A stretch of 64,000 bases of DNA, taken from assembly GCA_963804995.1 (NCBI GenBank), contig CAWDSK010000005.1, positions 576,001-640,000 of the forward strand. The letters are read 5' to 3'. The notes beneath the pieces were generated by a model, which was given only the letters and a program-made list of their open reading frames with translations, was not told the DNA's origin and did not search any database. The translations under genes and the position numbers were made by a program. Source of the DNA: an uncultured Acidobacteriota bacterium (lineage in GTDB: Bacteria > Acidobacteriota > Terriglobia > UBA7540). Below, piece after piece: positions 36,957-46,695 of the stretch. Numbering within the stretch: the first letter of the stretch is position 1; each line of letters opens with the position of its first letter.

Positions 36957-38447
36957 ATGAACCTGGATCCGAAATGGGTCCCGCTGAAGTGGCCATGCGG
37001 GCCCTTGGAATGGGCACGGCGAAACAAGTCGAAGAGCCTGGGCGCTGACCTCAGGGAAACTCTTGGCGCTTGGGCTCAGCCAGCCACCTTGGACTTGCTC
37101 AAGGGGACGCCGGTCAACTGCCTGGTGGTGCAATGGGCGGATGGCGCGCCCGAAGATTCCGCTCAACAAATGGCGTTGAAGCCACTGCTCGAAGCCGGCC
37201 GCCGGCGGGGAATGAATTTTGTCGGGAAGGTTGCGGCGGGGGAGGGTGTAGGGGCGGCGGTCGCGTCTGCACGTGAAGCGGGGCTCTCTGCCGTTATGCT
37301 CGCGGAACCATCCGCCCCCACCTTCGACCTGCCGGTCATTTCACAATTCCCGCGAGATAAGGTTACGTGGAAATCGGCGACTCCCATTTTCAGTTCGACC
37401 GACAACGAATGGCCGGGACTAAAGCTCGAAACGATGAAGGGAGACACCGCCATCGCCGGTCCGACCGGCGTCCCCTGGGTGAATTCGAACGCATGGTTTT
37501 CACTGTTGTCGGATGAATTAGCTCCCGGAAAAACCCTATGGCTGGATTTTGACCCTCCAGACGCATCAAACATTGCGCACCCTGCGAACTATCCTCTGGC
37601 TGTCGCAGACAGCCAAGCGTATGGCAGCCGGTGGATCATCTCATTGGATGACGACCTTCGGGCCGGCCTCCTCAAAGGGAATCCTCAGGCGACAAGCGTC
37701 TGGAGCAAGACTTGCGAAACGCTCACCTACTTTGAAGATCATCGAGAATGGGAGGGATTCCAATCGCAAGGCATCCTCGCAGTCATATCTGATTTCCTTG
37801 GCGACAATGCCTTCCTCGGCGGAGAGGTGCTAAACCTTCTCACCCGCCGCCAGGTCCACTTCAAGGTCATAGAAAGGTCCAGAGCGCTGTCTACACTCCC
37901 ACCCGGTTTACAGGCGGTACTCTGGCTCGACAAAGACGCCCCCCGCGCCGACCAGCTTGCGAAGTTGCTCGCCTTTGTCCGCCAAGGAGGACTGGTGATT
38001 GCCGCCGCCTACTGGGGCCCTTCAGGAGTAATGCCCACAAAAAAGGATCCGTCCCTTGACTACGAGATGCATGAGATTGGGCATGGGCAAATCGCAGTGT
38101 CAAAAGAAGGGTTTCAGGATCCATACCAGGTGGCCCTGGATGCTCATCTCCTGGTCAGCCGGCGCAATGATCTGGTGCGCCTTTACAACCCGGAGACGAC
38201 AAACTGCCATTCAAGTTTTGATCCGGCCCACAAGCGGCAGCTCGTTCAAATTCTTAATTATTCCTCTAACCCAGCCAGTTTTGTCACACTCTGGGTAAAC
38301 ACTCACGCCCGGTCGGCGCGGCTCTGGAGCCCGGGGGAGAGAGATTCTTTTTCTATTCCGGCCGTGCCTGCCGCACCGGGGACAGAATTCAACCTTCCCA
38401 CCATCTCGGTGAATTGCGCCTTAGAAGTTGAGGGAGTAAATCTATGA
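36957..38447 (+). CDS. Hypothetical protein (C-terminal class I glutamine-amidotransferase/trimerisation-like region)
   Basis: 496 aa ORF, translationally coupled to the DUF362 gene; LAFVRQGGLVI motif. Confidence 0.7.
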   Translation: MNLDPKWVPLKWPCGPLEWARRNKSKSLGADLRETLGAWAQPATLDLLKGTPVNCLVVQWADGAPEDSAQQMALKPLLEAGRRRGMNFVGKVAAGEGVGAAVASAREAGLSAVMLAEPSAPTFDLPVISQFPRDKVTWKSATPIFSSTDNEWPGLKLETMKGDTAIAGPTGVPWVNSNAWFSLLSDELAPGKTLWLDFDPPDASNIAHPANYPLAVADSQAYGSRWIISLDDDLRAGLLKGNPQATSVWSKTCETLTYFEDHREWEGFQSQGILAVISDFLGDNAFLGGEVLNLLTRRQVHFKVIERSRALSTLPPGLQAVLWLDKDAPRADQLAKLLAFVRQGGLVIAAAYWGPSGVMPTKKDPSLDYEMHEIGHGQIAVSKEGFQDPYQVALDAHLLVSRRNDLVRLYNPETTNCHSSFDPAHKRQLVQILNYSSNPASFVTLWVNTHARSARLWSPGERDSFSIPAVPAAPGTEFNLPTISVNCALEVEGVNL

Positions 38448-39598
38448 TGACAAGTCCTTGTTCTCGCAGAAAGTTCCTGGGTGCAGTCGGTGCGACGGCC
38501 GGTGTATGGCTGGCTCGCCCGGCGATGTTCTTGGCCCGTCCTGCTCCGGCAGGGCGTGTGGCGGTGGGAAGGTGTAAGGAGTATGGCCCGGACGTGGTTA
38601 CCACGATGGAGACTATGTTCGATCAGCTGGGTGGGTTGGAGGGACTGGTCCGAGGGAAAACCGTTGCCATAAAACTCAACCTCACCGGAGGAGCCTTTGA
38701 CCGGTTGGGCTACTTTCCCGCAGGCATGACTCATTGGGTTCACCCCGAGGTTGTGGGAGCCACGGTCCATCTGCTTGCCAAGGCCGGAGCTTATCGGATT
38801 CGGCTGCTGGAAAGCCCCTGGTCGACGGCGGAGCCGCTGGAAGAATTTATGCTCCAGGCCAACTGGGAACCCCGAGACTTCCTCAGTGCCGCGCCGCGGG
38901 TGGAGTTTGAGAACACGAACTACCTGGGATTCGGGAAGAAGTATTCTCGCTTTATGGTTCCGGGCGGTGGCTTGATGTTCCAAGGCTACGATCTTAATCA
39001 CTCCTACGAAGACTGCGACGTTTTTGTATCCCTGGCGAAACTGAAAGAGCATCTGACTGCCGGCGTGACCCTGTCGATGAAGAACTGCTTCGGCATTACT
39101 CCCTGCACGATTTACGGGGAAGGATCTCCCGTGGATGAGCCGGGCCGTGTTCCCAAGGGTGGCCGCGACCCGTTCCATTCAGGGAATCGATTGCCTTGCA
39201 AGAGCGCACCCCCGGCGGTTGACCCGAGCGGCTCAAAGGAGGAAGGCTACCGCGTGCCGCGCGTGGTGGCGGACCTGGTGGCATCCCGGCCCATCCATCT
39301 CGCCATCATCGATGGAATCCATACGATGACAAAATGCGAAGGCCCCTGGGCCCCCGGCGCCCACCACGTTAACCCCGGCTTGCTGGTGGCAGGGACAAAC
39401 TGCGTTAACACCGATGCGGTCGGAATGGCGCTCATGGGATTTGATCCTATGGCGGACCGCGGCACGCCTCCCTTTGAGACTTGCGACAGCACGTTGCGGC
39501 TGGCGGAACATTTGGGCGTGGGAACTCGGGACTTGCGGCAAATTGAGGTCGTGGGGACTCCGATTTCTAAAGGGCGCTTCGACTTTCGAAGCGCGTAA
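38444..39598 (+). CDS. DUF362 domain protein, Tat signal
   Basis: VAIKLNL, HPEVV, AKLKEH..AGVTLSMKNCFG and LAIIDGI motifs. Confidence 0.9.
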   Translation: MMTSPCSRRKFLGAVGATAGVWLARPAMFLARPAPAGRVAVGRCKEYGPDVVTTMETMFDQLGGLEGLVRGKTVAIKLNLTGGAFDRLGYFPAGMTHWVHPEVVGATVHLLAKAGAYRIRLLESPWSTAEPLEEFMLQANWEPRDFLSAAPRVEFENTNYLGFGKKYSRFMVPGGGLMFQGYDLNHSYEDCDVFVSLAKLKEHLTAGVTLSMKNCFGITPCTIYGEGSPVDEPGRVPKGGRDPFHSGNRLPCKSAPPAVDPSGSKEEGYRVPRVVADLVASRPIHLAIIDGIHTMTKCEGPWAPGAHHVNPGLLVAGTNCVNTDAVGMALMGFDPMADRGTPPFETCDSTLRLAEHLGVGTRDLRQIEVVGTPISKGRFDFRSA

Positions 39599-39786
39599 TC
39601 GTTAAGAATTTAGTTGCCCGCCGCCCTTTAATCCGGGTTATTGGAATAAGCTGGCAAATCCGTCATTCTGCACCGACGTGCTCCGCCTGCACCGGGCGGC
39701 ACGGGTGCAAGTTATCGGTCGGCCGGAAGAAAAAATAGAAATTCGTGCGCCGGGATAAACCGCATGAACATTGGGGTACAAAAGCG

Positions 39787-41061
39787 ATGAAACTCAACAG
39801 AAGATCGTTCTTGCAAAATACCGGCATTGGCTCCTTGGCCGCTCTAGGCAGCGGCAGCCTGCCGACCGCGACGGCGGCCGCGCTGGACAACACCGAACCC
39901 ATGAAGATCACCCAGGTTGACGCCATTACGTTCCGAAAGGATCTGCATATCGGCGGCGGCTCTGGCGCGCGGGTAGACGGCGCTGAGTTCTGGTGGGTGC
40001 GACTGCATACCGATAAAGGCATTGTGGGGACGGGCGAAACCTATCCCTTTCAGCAGGGTGAAATCGGCGCTCTCAAGGACCACGCCAGGCTGATTCTGGG
40101 CCGCGATCCTCGTGATATCGACGGGATCTGGCGCGAGTTGCACTTCGAAGGTGCCATGCGGACGACCGGCGGCGCCGACATGCGCATGTTGAGCGCTGTG
40201 AACATGGCGCAACTCGATATTCTCGGCCAGGCTTCCGGGCTTCCCCTCTACCGGCTGCTCGGGGGAAGGACCCGCTCCCGGGTGCGAGTCTATAACACGA
40301 CCACTGACTATTGGGCGATCAACGACATGAAGATGGGCCCGGACACCATGAAGATCGTGAGATTTCTACTCGATCGCGGGATCACCGGGATGAAGATCTA
40401 CCCGTTTGACGCGGAGGACCATTACCTCTCGAACCAAGCCCTGGAAGAAGGTTTGGGTTGGATCCGAGAGATTCGGGACGGTGTCGGAAACAAGATGGAC
40501 ATCTGCGTCGACTGCTGGGCGCGATTTGACTTTACCAGCGCCACGCGTATAGCCAAGGCTCTGGAGCCGTACAACATCATGTATCTGGAAGACGCGATGA
40601 TGAGCGGGAACGCCAAGTCCTACGCGCGGCTTGCGGCGGAGACCAGCGTGCCCATCTGCATTAGCGAGACGCTGGCGACCCGCTACGAGTACCGCGAGTT
40701 CCTGGAACTGAAATCGTGCGATGTGATCATGTATGACGTTACCTGGTGCGGCGGTCCGTCAGAAGCGAAACGCATCTCCGACATGGCGGAAACCTACCTA
40801 ATCCCCACATCTCCCCATACATGCGGAGGCCCACTCCTCTATATGTGTTCCGTCCACCTCGCCACCGCGCTGCCCGATCTCCTTATCATGGAGAGTAACT
40901 ACTGGAAGTACGCTCACCAGTATCCTTACTTCGTAAACAACGTACCCGTCCCGAAGGAGGGGCACGTAACGCCACCAGAGCTGCCAGGTATCGGAGCAGA
41001 AATCAAGCCCGAACTCTTTCACAACGGCGACGCCAATGTGGAAATCGTGGCCAAGATCTAA
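39787..41061 (+). CDS. Mandelate racemase/muconate lactonizing enzyme family (acid-sugar dehydratase), Tat signal
   Basis: SAVNMAQLDILGQ, MKIYPF, D/E/E metal ligands and PHTCGGP motif. Confidence 0.9.
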   Translation: MKLNRRSFLQNTGIGSLAALGSGSLPTATAAALDNTEPMKITQVDAITFRKDLHIGGGSGARVDGAEFWWVRLHTDKGIVGTGETYPFQQGEIGALKDHARLILGRDPRDIDGIWRELHFEGAMRTTGGADMRMLSAVNMAQLDILGQASGLPLYRLLGGRTRSRVRVYNTTTDYWAINDMKMGPDTMKIVRFLLDRGITGMKIYPFDAEDHYLSNQALEEGLGWIREIRDGVGNKMDICVDCWARFDFTSATRIAKALEPYNIMYLEDAMMSGNAKSYARLAAETSVPICISETLATRYEYREFLELKSCDVIMYDVTWCGGPSEAKRISDMAETYLIPTSPHTCGGPLLYMCSVHLATALPDLLIMESNYWKYAHQYPYFVNNVPVPKEGHVTPPELPGIGAEIKPELFHNGDANVEIVAKI

Positions 41062-41137
41062 CTTAGGGTGGTGGGGTCGAGGGCTGGCGCCATTGCTCCT
41101 GTGGTTCGCCAGAATCTCATCCACGGGCCGCCGGCGT

Positions 41138-41860
41138 TCAGCGCCCGCCCGGGTCGGCGCCGGTTCGGGTAGTATCCGCCGTGCCCACGGGGACATCGAC
41201 GTCGAGATACCATGCGATGGGGAGGCTGCCCCAATACGCGGGGCGGAATGTCCAGCCCTTGAGGCTTTTCTCGGCGGCTTCAAGATTGGTTCCGGCGCCG
41301 GGACCTGCCTCAACGTCAATCACCTGACCCTGGTCATTCAGTAGCACCCGCATATGCACTACCGTGGTCGGAAACAGATTTGCAGGTCGCCCGATGACTT
41401 CAGGCGGTTTGACCTGGCGGCTAAGGTCGCGTTCCGGCTCGCGGGGTACCGTCTCCGCTTTGTGAGTGTGCAGAGAGAATTTCACTTCCACTGTCGTGAG
41501 GAAACCCGAGGGCCCGGAGGGCGTCTGCAAGGGGCGATAGATCCAACCGCGCGCCGCCTTCAGGGCTGACGCCGCCAGAATGGGATGCCCGCGCACGACG
41601 TGGGCCTTGGCCACTTTGCCATCGCGGGTGATTTCGACTCGCATCTGCACGTGCCCTTGAATGTAGTTGACCTTAGCCACGGGCGGATACTCCGGCCGGG
41701 CTTGATCCAAAACCAAGCGCGTGACCTGCTCTCTGTTGAGGCTAACTGGGTCTTGGGCAGGCAGGAGGGGTTGGGCCTGCGGGAGCGCGATCTCCAGCGC
41801 GCACCCCCAGGCGAGTACCCAGAGGAAGAGGCTGTGTCGATGCCACCCGAACTCAGTCAT
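41138..41860 (-). CDS. tonB: Energy transducer TonB family protein (two TonB C-terminal domains)
   Basis: PEYPPVAK..IQGHV....I..DGKV and a second VLLNDQGQV...WTFRPA repeat. Confidence 0.8.
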   Translation of the reverse strand: MTEFGWHRHSLFLWVLAWGCALEIALPQAQPLLPAQDPVSLNREQVTRLVLDQARPEYPPVAKVNYIQGHVQMRVEITRDGKVAKAHVVRGHPILAASALKAARGWIYRPLQTPSGPSGFLTTVEVKFSLHTHKAETVPREPERDLSRQVKPPEVIGRPANLFPTTVVHMRVLLNDQGQVIDVEAGPGAGTNLEAAEKSLKGWTFRPAYWGSLPIAWYLDVDVPVGTADTTRTGADPGGR

Positions 41861-42064
41861 GTTCCACACGGTAAGCCACGCACGAAAATGTCGCGACCAT
41901 AAAGAAGCGTACACCACAATCTGGACATGCCACCAATCTACGCCGGTTGCCCTATGGAGGCAATAGTGAAAGGGGCGGGAGAACGCTGGCGGGCGAGAAA
42001 AGCCGAGGACCTCAGACGGTGAAGGTCCACGCTACTCGGAACAAGGGTCTGGGATTCCTGGGCC

Positions 42065-42103
42065 AAAAACGAGAGCGGGGAACCGCTTCCGGCTCCCCGT
42101 CTC
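42065..42103 (-). terminator. Intrinsic terminator (minus strand)
   Basis: GAGACGGGGAGCCG...CGGTTCCCCGCTCTC followed by GTTTTT on the minus strand. Confidence 0.55.
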
Positions 42104-42345
42104 ATGTGTTCGTCGTTTTTGCCTTAGCAGCGCCCGTGGGGTGTTGCCAAGGTGCGCACCGCAAGAGCGGTGTGTAGTCATATGACTACTGTATTCATGC
42201 CCGGCGGAGTCAAAACTCCTCCCGTTAGCATACTTCCTTCATACTCCTCCCCGCGACAAATTGCAAGCCTCGGTGGGGGTACAGTTTCGATTTTACAATT
42301 GGCAATCTGCCTTGACTGGGTTTTGCGTCCTGCCATAATGGGGGC

Positions 42346-42468
42346 ATGCCAAAGAAACCCCCTACCAAACCGCCGAAGCGCGAGCCGGTAAAAACCCACC
42401 CAAAGGAAGACTTCAATCAGGCCGCTTTCCGAGCCGTCCAAGAGACTATTAAGCGCAGTGAATCATAG
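42346..42468 (+). CDS. Small basic protein (40 aa), probably leaderless
   Basis: MPKKPPTKPPKREPVKTHPKEDFNQAAFRAVQETIKRSES; TTGACT-16-CATAAT ends 6 nt before the ATG. Confidence 0.6.
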   Translation: MPKKPPTKPPKREPVKTHPKEDFNQAAFRAVQETIKRSES

Positions 42469-42655
42469 ATTGGGAAGGTCTAGCATAGCGTCTTGTCATA
42501 GCACTGCTCCATTCTTTCAAGTTATGTTAACCGGCGAACGTACAATCAATGACTTACGGGTAATTTACTGACACTTTTCGGCTGGCAGTATTTCACCTTT
42601 ATTTCATTGACTAGCCCTACAAAATCCATTATCATCCATTGCAGTGGAGGGTAGC

Positions 42656-43102
42656 ATGATAGATTTTCTGAAGTTCTTGGATTCCGAGATCGAAAAGACT
42701 GGGCAGGCAATTGATGAGGCAAACATCAAATTCAATACACTTCAAGAATTACGTAGAAAGTTTTTGGAGTCGCAGCGAGCAAACGGCAGTCGCGCTCCCA
42801 TCCAAAGTAATTTGGCGCAAAAGGCTGCCAGTCTGGATCCGGCAACCTTCACGCAAGACACCGACAACAAAACTCATTTGGTCCTAGATATCATTCTGGG
42901 ACATCAAGACGAGGGCGTAAAAGCGGGGCGCGTTTATGAGGATATTATATCTCGCGGTATAAATATCAATAGAAATTACGTTTACTCCATACTGAATAGG
43001 CAGAAAAAGCGTGGGGCGATTCAATTCAAAAGAGGCAAATATTATCCGACGATCAGTATTTTTGCCCAGGCTTCGACAGGGGGAACAAGTTCTGCCGCAT
43101 AA
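42656..43102 (+). CDS. Coiled-coil plus winged-helix-like putative DNA-binding protein
   Basis: GGAGG RBS; N-terminal coiled coil; C-terminal RVYEDI...NRNYVYSILNRQKKRG...RGKYY; low GC. Confidence 0.7.
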   Translation: MIDFLKFLDSEIEKTGQAIDEANIKFNTLQELRRKFLESQRANGSRAPIQSNLAQKAASLDPATFTQDTDNKTHLVLDIILGHQDEGVKAGRVYEDIISRGININRNYVYSILNRQKKRGAIQFKRGKYYPTISIFAQASTGGTSSAA

Positions 43103-43168
43103 GGCAGAAACCCCCGGCAAGTGCTCGTAACACCTGCCGGGGGCAATCCAAAGAAAGGAGGAACGGCG

Positions 43169-43258
43169 ATGCGCTACCAAATCACCCGTTCCGCTAGGGG
43201 ATACGTGCTAACGATTCGATTTCGGCGAATCGTCATCACTATCGAACTACCACCTTAG
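43169..43258 (+). CDS. 29-aa peptide with strong RBS, between stem-loops
   Basis: AAGGAGG-7 nt-ATG; MRYQITRSARGYVLTIRFRRIVITIELPP. Confidence 0.55.
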   Translation: MRYQITRSARGYVLTIRFRRIVITIELPP

Positions 43259-43352
43259 CTGGGGTCGGCCCAGCTAAATAGCCAAGTTGCGTGACAGGCA
43301 GAGGAGGGGTCTTCTCTCACAAGGGGTTGGCCCCTTTCCTGCCGCACGCCTA

Positions 43353-43518
43353 TTATACCCCAATTTCCGACTTCTTGGCCTTTTCCTTTGCCCAGCGAGC
43401 CTGTACAGCCTTGCGTGCGCTGACGCTACGCTCTTCTGGGGTCATGTTAGCGGCTCTTTTGGCTCCGCCGACCTTACCGCCTTTGCTGCCTATTTTGGCC
43501 AGATAAGCTCGGAATTCC
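43353..43518 (-). pseudogene. Small basic KGG-type ('histone H1-like') protein, 5' end replaced by a REP doublet
   Basis: YLAKIGSKGGKVGGAKRAANMTPEERSVSARKAVQARW; the upstream sequence is the repeat at 43519-43612. Confidence 0.7.
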
Positions 43519-43611
43519 GGCAGGCTGGCGCAGGGCGAGCGCAGCCCTGCGATTCTGGTGCGAGTGGATGACATTAATCGCAGAATCTCGGCTCGCTCTG
43601 CGCCAACCTGC

Positions 43612-43910
43612 CTAAAGGTTGTTGAATTCCTGGAATACTCAAATGCCAACGTAACGCCCAAGTGACCCCTCACCCGTCCCGCCCCGGCTGATGAGGACGC
43701 CGGTTGCGGTCCACCCTCTCCCCTCGGAGAGGGCGGTTGCTCAAGGTAAGGTGCGGCGCCGTCGCCACCCTGAGATCATAGCCTTCTCCCTAGGGGTCGC
43801 AGATCCGCCGTGGCGGAAGAAGGTGGCTGACGTAGGAGGCCGGATGAGGGGTTACTTACACCCGCAGGGCTTCGAAACAATTTGCAGCTTATAAATCCAA
43901 AAACCATTAG
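43612..43910. mobile_element. MITE-like element, copy 3
   Basis: CTAAAGGTTGTTGAATTC...ATAAATCCAAAAACCATTAG with the same internal REP doublet; followed by host arm CCCGGCGCTAC. Confidence 0.75.
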
Positions 43911-44128
43911 CCCGGCGCTACGTCAAACTAGGACACCACCCAACCCTCTAAAGTGGGAATTGCGAAGCTGGCATTCTACGCTGTGCGAGATTTCTTCAAG
44001 CCGGATGGTTCCCCCCGCGGCAATCCAGTGGGTTTCAAATCCCGCACTCCCAAAAGAGAATTGGGCAGGCTTCACACCTTGCCGAACTGAACCCCGTGGG
44101 TGAAGCGCATGGGGCAGGGGACACGAAA

Positions 44129-44340
44129 CTAGTGTGGTGTCCCGTGTTAGAGTTGACAATGGGTAGAACCCCCTCACCCGTCTGGCATCGGCTGATGAGA
44201 ACGCCTCGGCCAGCCACCCTCTCCCCCAAAGGGGCGAGGGCAAGAAAAATTAACTCTCCCCTCGCCCCTTTGGGGGAGAGGGGCTGGGGGGTGAGGGGGT
44301 CGGACAGCCTTGTCAAATATTAACCGGGACACGAAACTAG
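44129..44340. mobile_element. CTAG-bounded MITE-like element (second TIR family) enclosing a REP doublet
   Basis: CTAGTGTGGTGTCCCG...TTGACAA versus TTGTCAA...CGGGACACGAAACTAG. Confidence 0.75.
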
Positions 44341-44342
44341 AT

Positions 44343-45638
44343 TCACGCGGAAGCCTGCGGCGCTTTCTTATTGCGAATGGTTTGGTTCACGATTAGAGGT
44401 TTTGCCCAAAAGGAGACACACAAGACCCAGCCAAACGTGAAGTACAAAAACGTCATCCCCGTGCGAAGCCCAAAAGAATCGCCGAGACGCCCGATAATCA
44501 ACGGCACCACGGCTCCGCCCATGATGGCGGTACAAAGGATACCCGCAAAAGGACCATGGTGCTCCGCCACGGAGTTTAGCCCCAGAGAAATAATGATCGG
44601 CCACATGACCGATGCGAAAAGACCTGTGAGGGGGAACGCCAGTTTCGCTGCGGTTCCGGTGCCGAACAGGGCGACCGTCAGGCTTGCGAGTGCCCCGAGA
44701 CTAAATCCCAGCAAGACCTTGCGGCTATCCAAAAGCTTCAGCAATACCATGCCAAGCCCGCAGCCTGCCGTGAGTAATCCCCAGAACCACGCCACCACAG
44801 TCGCGCCGGTGGTGTGAGGATCGTACCCGTGATACTGCGCGAGGAACTGGGAGATCCAGTCTGCCGTCCCCTGCTCTGAGCCGACATACATGAAGATACT
44901 GACAAAAAACATCAGCACGATCGGCTTCTTGAGGAGATGGCCATACATGCCGAAAGCGCCAGCCTGCTCCTCTTCGGTGCGCGCCACCGGCGGAAAGCGG
45001 GATGCCGACAACGCGACCAGCATCAGGATGATCGTCCCGCTGAAGATCCAGTACATGGACACCCACGGCAGACCGGCGGGAACGAGCCGTTTAAGGATAA
45101 GGAGCAGGAAATTCTGCTGGTTCGGTGGGTCTCCCAGGTGAAGAACTACGTAGGAGTAAAGTTGCGGACTAACAAATGATGCGGCCCCGAAGATTAACTG
45201 GGCGAAGGCAGCATTGAAAGCAAAATGTTCTTCCCCCCCGGCAACGCGCAGAAGCGGATTAATGGCGACCTGCAGCGCCGCCATGCTTCCGCCGATGAGG
45301 AACAGAGATACCAAGGAGACCTGATACACGGGGAACAACGCGAAAAACAGAGCGCCGGCCAACGCCACAGCAAAGGAAACCAGCATCACCCATTTCTCTC
45401 CCCGCAACTCCACGAGGAATCCAGCGGGGACAGAGAGCACTCCGTAAGCAATAAAGAAGGAAAACGGCAGCAGGGCGGCGGCTGCAAGACTCACATGAAA
45501 ACTTTGGATAATGTCGGGGATGATGGGCCCGAGGATGTTGGTGAGGAACGATATGACGAAGAATGTCGCAAAGAGCAACCCGACTATGAATTTGCTTCGC
45601 TTCATACGTGAATGCGGCCCCTCGCCCGCTTGGATCAC
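44343..45638 (-). CDS. MFS sugar transporter (FucP/GluP glucose-galactose type)
   Basis: About 12 TM helices; LQVAINP, YVGSEQG and AIMGGAVVP motifs. Confidence 0.9.
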   Translation of the reverse strand: MIQAGEGPHSRMKRSKFIVGLLFATFFVISFLTNILGPIIPDIIQSFHVSLAAAALLPFSFFIAYGVLSVPAGFLVELRGEKWVMLVSFAVALAGALFFALFPVYQVSLVSLFLIGGSMAALQVAINPLLRVAGGEEHFAFNAAFAQLIFGAASFVSPQLYSYVVLHLGDPPNQQNFLLLILKRLVPAGLPWVSMYWIFSGTIILMLVALSASRFPPVARTEEEQAGAFGMYGHLLKKPIVLMFFVSIFMYVGSEQGTADWISQFLAQYHGYDPHTTGATVVAWFWGLLTAGCGLGMVLLKLLDSRKVLLGFSLGALASLTVALFGTGTAAKLAFPLTGLFASVMWPIIISLGLNSVAEHHGPFAGILCTAIMGGAVVPLIIGRLGDSFGLRTGMTFLYFTFGWVLCVSFWAKPLIVNQTIRNKKAPQASA

Positions 45639-46693
45639 TCGATAGTGGTCACCTTGGAGGCAAGACTGAACCGGCCTGCCTCCGTCCCGGTTTGCGCGGC
45701 CAACGCCAGCGTGATCATTTCCACGGGCAAGATCTCAAGGATGGGGATTAAACTATCCGGCACGGCGGGAATCCGCAGAGACGAATGTCGGGCCTCCGCT
45801 CCAATCAACTCAGCCCTCCCTCCCTTGCGCCGGATGTCCTCCACCAGTTTGACGTTAAGCACCCTTGTCGTCTCAACTCCGGCGAAAACGCCGACGAACG
45901 TTTTTTCACCGACCAACTCCATGGGTCCGTGCCGAAATGCGGCGCTGCTCATTCCCTCGGCGTGATAGTGGACAGACTCTTTCGTGATAAGCGCTCCCGT
46001 TCCGACGGCAGCGAGCGAGATTCCTCGTCCGACAAGAAAAAGTTGATGAACATTTTCCAGGCAGGCTGCCAATTCCAAGACGTGATCCCGCCAGGAATTC
46101 AGATACGCTGCAACCGCGGGTGCGGCTTGCGCCAGTTCGCTTCGTATGGGCCGAGGATCGGCGTACCCGAGGAGGGCGCTAAGCTGGCATAGGATCATCA
46201 GCGCCGTCACATAAGTTTTGCAGGAAACCGAGAATTCCTCACCCGCCTTCGTCAGCAATACAACATTGGAGCGCGTACCCAGGGGGCTATCAGCGGTGTT
46301 GGTGACGGCAATGATCTGGGCGCGGCCTTCATTTTTTTCGAGCAGGGTGACGATCTCCGCGCTCCGTCCGGATTGTGAGACCGCGATGATCAGGTTGGCA
46401 GGGTCGAGCAGATGGGGAAAGTAGTGGACCAATTCCGAAGTCTCAACGAACATGGTCATGCAGCCACGTGAAGAAAGTAATAAATGCAACGGGTAGAGGG
46501 CATGATAGGACGACCCCATGCCCGTCAGCACGACCCTCTTCAGAATTCCTTCTTTTAATTGCCGGGCAAGCGGGAGCAAGGCATCCGGGGCGGTGATCCC
46601 CTCCCTCGTGGCCTCGAGCGCGCGAGGCTGGTCCAGGATGTCCCGCAGATATTCGCCCTCGATAATGCGATATTTCTGATCCATGTTACTCAT
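45635..46693 (-). CDS. SIS domain protein (GlmS-isomerase-like sugar-phosphate deaminase/isomerase)
   Basis: GMGSSY, VSQSGRS, FRHGPME and SKVTTIE motifs. Confidence 0.9.
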   Translation of the reverse strand: MSNMDQKYRIIEGEYLRDILDQPRALEATREGITAPDALLPLARQLKEGILKRVVLTGMGSSYHALYPLHLLLSSRGCMTMFVETSELVHYFPHLLDPANLIIAVSQSGRSAEIVTLLEKNEGRAQIIAVTNTADSPLGTRSNVVLLTKAGEEFSVSCKTYVTALMILCQLSALLGYADPRPIRSELAQAAPAVAAYLNSWRDHVLELAACLENVHQLFLVGRGISLAAVGTGALITKESVHYHAEGMSSAAFRHGPMELVGEKTFVGVFAGVETTRVLNVKLVEDIRRKGGRAELIGAEARHSSLRIPAVPDSLIPILEILPVEMITLALAAQTGTEAGRFSLASKVTTIE

Positions 46694-46695
46694 GG

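Noticed and set aside
44027..44052. tRNA 3'-end-like GTGGGTTTCAAATCCCGCACTCCCA
   Set aside because: The T-loop has an extra base, and no acceptor, D or anticodon arms can be built.
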